Source: Octopus vulgaris
Lineage: Eukaryota
Assembly (NCBI GenBank): GCA_951406725.2
Contig: OX597826.1
Location: forward strand, 58,404,001-58,468,000
Reading direction: 5' to 3'
Length of the DNA: 64,000 bases
Positions 59,282 through 64,000 of the stretch are shown here, one piece after another. Every line of letters starts with the position of its first letter. Position 1 is the first letter of the stretch. Below the pieces are notes generated by a model. It saw nothing but the letters and a program-made list of their open reading frames with translations, was not told where the DNA came from and did not search any database. A program made the translations under genes and the position numbers.

Positions 59282-60151
59282 CGAGGTCTGATCAATAAGT
59301 ATTCAGAATGTTCCCATCGTAACGAAGCTAAAGCACAGGATTAACCTTGAACTCTTCTGTGCATGCGCGATAAGTTTTAACGTTCTAGCTCACTTACGCT
59401 GGTTACAGCAGTGTTTGGTAGGAAGGTGCGTAGCGTGTGATCATCGCATTGACCAGGACAGAGAAAATTTTTCATGGTGATACCTGCTCAGAGGCCTAAG
59501 CAAAGATGCAGAAATCGTATGGAGAGGACTGTATGAGCCGCACACAAGTGGACGAGTGGTTCAGACGTTTCCAAGATGGCCGAAACATGTCGATATTGAC
59601 GAACGTTCTGAGAGACCCACTACTTGCAGAACTGCGAAAAACATCGCAGATATGCGTGAAGCTGGGATGGGAAATTGTCGAATCGCCATAACCGTGAGTT
59701 ATCAGAAACTTGTAGATTAGTTACCGTTCAGTTCAGTCCATTATCACTGAAGTTTTGGATATGAGACGCGTGTCAGCCAAGTTTGTGCCAAAACTGCTTT
59801 CAGCTGACCAAAAGGACACTCGGGTTTCAGTTGCACAAGATCTTGATTGTGTCGAGAACGATGAAAACTTTTTGAAAACTTTGCGGAGGCGTTTGAACAG
59901 GTATCACCATGCTTCTAGCAAAATTTGAATCAGATTCTCTGCTCAACTTTCTGTCATGGCCAATGCGACGATCACACACTACACACCTTCCTATCAATTA
60001 CTGGTGTAAACAGCGGAAGTGAGCTTGAACGTTAATATTTAGTTCACATGCATAGCAGAGTTCAAAGTCAATCTGTGCCAGGCGGCTTTATTCTGCGTGC
60101 TTCAGCTTCGTTACTATGGCAACATTCCGGATACTTATTGATCAGACTACG
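59282..60151 (+). mobile_element. Mariner-derived MITE with long inverted ends and N-terminal transposase remnant
   Basis: TA|CGAGGTCTGATCAATAAGTAT...ATACTTATTGATCAGACTACG|TA; YGEDCMSRTQVDEWFRRFQDGR and MRRVSAKFVPKLL (WVP-like motif). Confidence 0.9.
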
Positions 60152-60222
60152 TATTTATAAATATATATATATGTTGTATATTTGTATGCGCATAGTGTAC
60201 GTATGTATGTATATGTGTGTGA

Positions 60223-60280
<58 letters not shown>

Positions 60281-60455
60281 CACAACAAACGCGCTCGCAC
60301 ACAAGTACACACACATACATGTGTGTATGTATGAAGGCACCCAAGAGAAAAAAAATAACCAATGAAAAGTAAAGAGCGATAGAATAAAGAGACAGAAAAT
60401 AGGACGGATAAAATGTAAAAAGAAAACATACAAATAAATTAATGAAATTTTTTTA

Positions 60456-60486
<31 letters not shown>

Positions 60487-60779
60487 ATGCTAGAAAGGAA
60501 ATCAGAAACTTTAACGAGAGAAAGGTAGACGGAAGCACGATTGCGAAAGAATTAGTAGCAAAGTTATGGCGGAAAAAAATATTTTGCTTGGCTTTGTTGG
60601 TTTGGTAGTGTTGGTGTTGGTGGTGGTGATGGTGGTGATGGTGGTGGTGGTGGTGGTAGTAGTAGTTGTTATGAAATACTACATGGCAGCTAGTGAGAGG
60701 TGACAAATGTTTCAAGCCAATCAACTCGTTGAGGTGTTTTGTTTTTTGTTGTTTTTTTTTTATTTTGTTTTGCTTTGTT

Positions 60780-60903
60780 GTTGTTATTTTTTTTCTAATT
60801 GTGACGGCGTTTTACGTTTTGAATGAAATCCTGCAGACCGTTTGTTTGACGACAAAATAAGAATAAGACGAATTTCAGAAATGGTGATGAAGATCACGGT
60901 GAC

Positions 60904-60959
<56 letters not shown>

Positions 60960-62235
60960 GGAGGAGGAGGAGGAGGAGGAGGAGGAGGAGGAGGAAGAGG
61001 AGGAGGAAGATCACGGTGATGATGTAGTCCTCTTCTTTAGTTCGTATACGGCTCTTGTTTTGGTTTATATTTAATGTGGAGGTCCCTTCATCAATTTGCG
61101 TTATAAATGCCGCCTGCAGTTCCCGTAAAGAACCATTTTCTTTGTTCACATAGAAATTCCTTCCTTGATTCTCTCCGAGGATCCTTTTTTTGGCACCAGA
61201 AAGCAAGGGTGCTTGTTGTCTGGAAGGTAAATATAGACGAATGGATTAGTATGAATGTACGGATAAGGGTAGATTGAAATATAACAGAGCTGACAGGACG
61301 GGAAAGGAGAACGAGACAAACTAATGAGGATGTATCAGTATTGAGGATTCTAAAATGATAATTGTTGGAATATGGCAATCACGTTCAGCTAAGCAGAGAT
61401 CCGTCTTATATTGAAAGGTCTGACATCACAAAGGAAACCTGCTTCAGAAACTAATAGTAACTTCAGTTTCTCTCCCCATTGTTTTTGTATAACAGTGATG
61501 GTACACGGATGAGAAGGCGATTAGACGGTGCAGGAACCAATACGGAGGCTTGTCTAACCGCGGTCTCCTTTCCCGTCCAGTCAGCTCTGTTTTGTTGGAG
61601 GGATTAAATTTTTGTCCTTCAGCAATTCGCTCCACCGTCCTTGTGTAGAAACAGCGGAGAAGATTGACGAACTTAAGACATCTGATGATATCCCAAAAAA
61701 CAATGACAGATGTACGAACGAAATGAACAATTGTCTCGTATTGCTCATCAACTGGGTTGTACGTGTTTGCTCGCGGAGGTGAAACAATGACTCTGGTGCT
61801 ATGCTTCCTGCTTTTGATTGTGTCAGTCTCATAATCATATTGGCCAGGAGTTTCTCAGAAATGGACAGCTGTATTATTCACCTGCTGTCGGAGCAAATAA
61901 ATTTGTCTTCCTTGTTTGTCTTTTTTTAAAATGGCGATATTAACATCCTTCCAATGTCGTCGGGTATACTACTCGTTTTGTACTTCAGCGATATAACGGT
62001 GGAGCGCTTTTGTGCGGAGGTAATAACGTCTGTTCAAAATTTATAATGGAATATTATTCTGGAGATATTCAGTTTCTTAAAATTTTAATAGCAGTTCTAA
62101 CTTCAGCAAATATTGATGGTTTGTCAAGCTGGTAGATAACTGACATTTCACGAAATTCTTCCATCACAGCTGAATTTAGAGATTTTGTATGATCATGAAA
62201 CTGGTGAAAATTAGACCTCCATTATTGTTGACTAC
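60780..62235 (-). mobile_element. Old, heavily decayed RTE/BovB-like LINE
   Basis: PSIFAEVRTAIKILRN, HWKDVNI, EKLLANMIMRL...IAPES...TRQL and FSAVSTQGRWSELL follow RTE RT motif order; A-rich 3' end near 60785. Confidence 0.7.
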
Positions 62236-62739
62236 TATTTTTTTCAGTAGACATGAAACATTCTCATATGATTGATACCAGGCAACAGTTCCCAGAAACT
62301 GAATATCTTTATTGTATAAAAATTATATAGAACGTCACATTGGCACTTGTACAACGAAACTTGCATAGTAACATTGACAGAACGTATTTTCCTGAATCAT
62401 TTTCTTGCATATGATGAATATATACGTATATTTACATGGCTATATACATACTCATTTACACACGTTGACATACACACAAACATACGCGACTCAAATACAT
62501 ACTAGCTATAGAGTATGTAACTAATAATTATTCTAATCAACATTATTATATTAAAGTCGCTCATTAAATATTAAAAAATACATTAAAATATTGTAAAAAA
62601 AAACCCCATTAAACTTATACTACTTCCTCGTTCTCTTACCAAATCATTCTTCATTCCTAACTCCGTCTCCTCTGATTGGTTGACGCGTGAGGTTCCATAT
62701 TGATTCTCATCCACACAGGCTTGATCTCAGTCTTAGTGT

Positions 62740-63050
62740 ACACACATCTCTATCACTCACGCTCACACTCACACTCCGTCAATCATTCACTCACTCACTC
62801 ACGCAATCACTCACACAGACACTCACTCACGCACGCACTCAATCTCTCACTCTCTTACTCACTCAGTCTGTTACCTATTTACTCACGCACACACTCACTC
62901 ACGCACTTACTCACTCACTCACAATCACTCAATCATTCACTCAGTCACTCACGCAATCACTCACACAGACACTCACTCACGTACTCACTCACTCACGCAC
63001 TCACTCACTCACTCACTCACTCACTCACTCACACACTCACTCAATCACAC
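62740..63050. repeat. (TCAC)n tract with an internal duplication of about 150-bp period
   Basis: tcaatcattcactca..cgcaatcactcacacagacactcactcacg at about 62779 and 62929. Confidence 0.85.
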
Positions 63051-63191
63051 ACTTCCGTCCCACACTCTCCAATTTCCTATCACTCTTCCTCACTAGATGT
63101 CGTTCCCAGACACATACAAAGTATCAACATAGAACATAAAGATAATCAAAGCGATTTCACCTATACAGACAAAAACACACACGCGTATCAC

Positions 63192-63253
<62 letters not shown>

Positions 63254-63559
63254 ATACATTCACACAAAATCGATAATGAGCCTATCTGAAACTGGTTGCC
63301 TATCTATCGTTTGTGACAAAAATAAACGGTATATATCAAGGTTGCTTGAGGGGGAGTGAAGATAAAAACACAAAAACAAAAAACAAACAAGCACAATGTA
63401 TAAGTAATAAAAAAATAAAAATAAATAAAACAGAAGTAAAAGAAACTACAACGTACTGACACTTGCTGAGACATTACCACGCATGCGCAGGCAGAAAACG
63501 TACGTATGTACCCACAAACACATTCACACTTAAAACAATATCAGTATGTAAGTAAATAT

Positions 63560-63565
63560 GTATGA

Positions 63566-63598
<33 letters not shown>

Positions 63599-63840
63599 TG
63601 TATGTATGTATGTATGTATGTATGTATGTATGTATGTATGTATGTATGTATGTATGTATGTATGTATGTATGTATGTATGTATGTATGTATGTATGTATG
63701 TATGTATGTATGTATGTATGTATGCATGTATGTATGTATGTATGTATGTATGTATGTATGTATGTATGTATGTATGTATGCATGTATGTATGTATGTATG
63801 TATGTATGTATGTATGTATGTATGTATGTATGTATGTACG
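63560..63840. repeat. (TATG)n microsatellite
   Basis: Directly visible. Confidence 0.95.
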
Positions 63841-64000
63841 TATGCATGTGTGTATATATTTATAAATACATATAGCTATAAATGTGTACATGTGCATATA
63901 TATTTATGTGTGTGCGTGTTGCGTTTGTGCGTGTATAAATACACACACATACATATATACACATACATACATATATATGTATATATATATGTATATATAT

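Overview
Eukaryotic, AT-rich DNA with a very high density of microsatellites. The repeat families (several tRNA-derived SINEs, (TA)n/(CA)n/(TACA)n and triplet tracts) look like an octopus (coleoid cephalopod) intron or intergenic region; this is recognition from memory, not a database result. I found no intact host protein-coding exon, and nearly all ORFs in the track are microsatellite artefacts. The real content is about 25 SINE copies from at least 5 families, decayed LINE pieces (three RTE, CR1-like, and a ~2.4 kb Hero/NeSL-type RT plus restriction-like endonuclease 3' half), mariner/hAT MITEs, a non-autonomous Helitron nested in a foldback MITE, and a possible THAP remnant. The most notable signals are: (1) recurrent type I hammerhead-ribozyme cores in short Penelope-like inserts, including a near-perfect one inside a 61-bp palindrome at 42 kb; (2) a chimeric element with a tRNA/Pol III head, a hammerhead tail and an inverted copy of its own 3' end (47 kb); (3) SINE multimers that share one junction at independent loci; (4) a small inversion with a 106-bp inverted duplication that can be reconstructed from the sequence.
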